NCBI GenBank assembly: GCA_000320545.1
Contig: ADNK01002659.1
Span: 1 to 59,615, forward strand
Reading direction: 5' to 3'
Length of the DNA stretch: 59,615 bases
DNA from: Bigelowiella natans CCMP2755
Taxonomy: Eukaryota; Protista; Cercozoa
The notes below the pieces were generated by a model. It was not told the origin of the DNA. It did not search any database and saw only the letters and a program-made list of their open reading frames with translations. Below are positions 58,552 to 59,615 of this stretch, one piece after another. The position numbers were made by a program, and so were the translations under genes. Positions within the stretch are counted from its first letter, which is position 1; the number at the start of each line of letters is the position of its first letter.

Positions 58552-59615
58552 TTATTTATTTTTTATATAAACATTATATAACACCCTATACATACCGTCG
58601 GGTGAATGTTCCCAAGCTCAGGAATTTTATTAATGTGTTGGTCTTAGCAATAAGGAGAAGAGCAAGGAGGGTACTAGAGGAGGTGCGAATAGCACCACTG
58701 TAGAAAGCACACCTTCCAAATCCGTTAATGGTGGCGTGGAAAGCGCCGCTTCCTTGATTCAACGGGAAGATGGAGAAAACGCTGGGTTTCGATCGAGTGG
58801 AGATATGCCCCATGCAGAGACGCTCGAGTCTTTCGATAATTTGGTATCCTTTTCACACTCTTGCTATTACTACTACTACCACTACTACTACTGCAACTGC
58901 AACTAGGTTTTGGTGCCTGCTGCCTTGCACGTATTTGCATACCTCTCTCTGTCTCTCTTTTTGACGTTTTTCTCCGCTCCTCTCGCACCTGCCTCCCCCC
59001 CCCCCCCGAAGGTCCCCTTTGGAGATGCAAAGGCAGACTCCAAGTCAGATCCAAATGTGGAGTCTAAGGCCGATTCCCAGGAGGCGGAGAAGAGCTTTGT
59101 CGTCGTACCAAAGATGAGAACCTCCACCCCAACACCAACGGAGCAATCCAACCTTGCAAAGAGCAATATTAGCGTTGATGTGGAGGGAGGGGGGGAAGCG
59201 ACTGTAGTTCCTAGGTCCCATTCAGGAGGCCACTCACTAGATCAGAAGCCATCAAGGGCGACGAAGGCCAACGGTGAGAAGGTGGAGATGGTTACGCGGG
59301 ACAAGGGAAACGACTCGGCTTCTTCGGGAAGGCAAAGGTGCTGTCGTTATATACATATAACAATGTAGGGCAGGGCAGGAGGAGAGAGAGGAATTGGGGA
59401 GAGAAAAGGTGGGGGGGAGGGGGGGCAGATTTGGAGTAATTTCATACTGTTTGCTTTTGGATGATGCCGTCCTTCTCATTCGATTGGCGTTCTCACTGTC
59501 ATCACACTCGCTTGTCCTTTCCATCATCATCACCCTCATCATCATAGATTCAAAATCGTCACAGGAACAACGCATTTGACAATAAGACCCCCCTCCCTCC
59601 CACCTTTTCTCTCCC
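54200..59615 (+). CDS. DOCK-C/D (zizimin-like) guanine-nucleotide exchange factor, N-terminal part; continues beyond the window
   Basis: LEPLHCELFIVDVATRQRVSETF..CLFSVERPRASLCLVARVTRRLTGD..HLERFSQGFGFGWTPLF matches the conserved N-terminal region of DOCK6-11 (EPf..l.LyD..kkiSEnF..IFSv..dIyLv.r.eKvLqGd..PFaW). The DHR1/DHR2 domains are not in the window. Confidence 0.65.

Larger units (their letters stand above)
20..59400. repeat. Dispersed microsatellites: (TA)n, (CA/TG)n, (CT/GA)n, (CAT/GAT)n, (TTG)n, poly-G/C; mostly intronic
   Basis: Examples: 160-260, 1070-1140, 4081-4190, 6926-6978, 13077-13116, 29470-29620, 36721-36756. They are absent from the LTR element and the TpA-free tracts. Confidence 0.95.

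Overview
Intron-rich eukaryotic nuclear DNA with microsatellite-filled introns. Plastid-type genes alongside DOCK and RGS genes suggest a protist or alga with a complex plastid (e.g. a chlorarachniophyte; not proven). About 11 multi-exon genes, in order: an unknown gene (-), an EF-hand-like gene (+), a Gly-zipper plus jacalin-lectin gene (-), SLC10A7-like (-), a giant Gly-rich EF-hand gene (+), anamorsin/DRE2 (-), an NSUN2/Trm4-like m5C methyltransferase (+), a CRTISO-like oxidoreductase (-), a cNMP-RGS gene (+), a Ctr copper transporter (-) and a partial DOCK-C/D GEF (+). Exon structures were read by eye, so most gene ends are approximate. Two things stand out. (1) Sharply bounded tracts lack the dinucleotide TpA entirely: 10446-11962, and 39108-39271 joined to 44988-45620. 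Paralogous copies show reciprocal TA->TG and TA->CA changes and Kelch Tyr->His, which points to an adenine-directed, RIP-like hypermutation of duplicated or dead DNA. (2) A very young, intact Ty3/gypsy-type LTR retrotransposon (identical 326-bp LTRs, AACT TSD) has inserted into one of these tracts. It is itself TpA-rich, has a shortened D-X27-E integrase core, and ends in a degenerate DIRS-type N6-adenine methyltransferase-like domain where chromoviruses carry a chromodomain. CTAG/CATG-dense tracts mark convergent gene ends.
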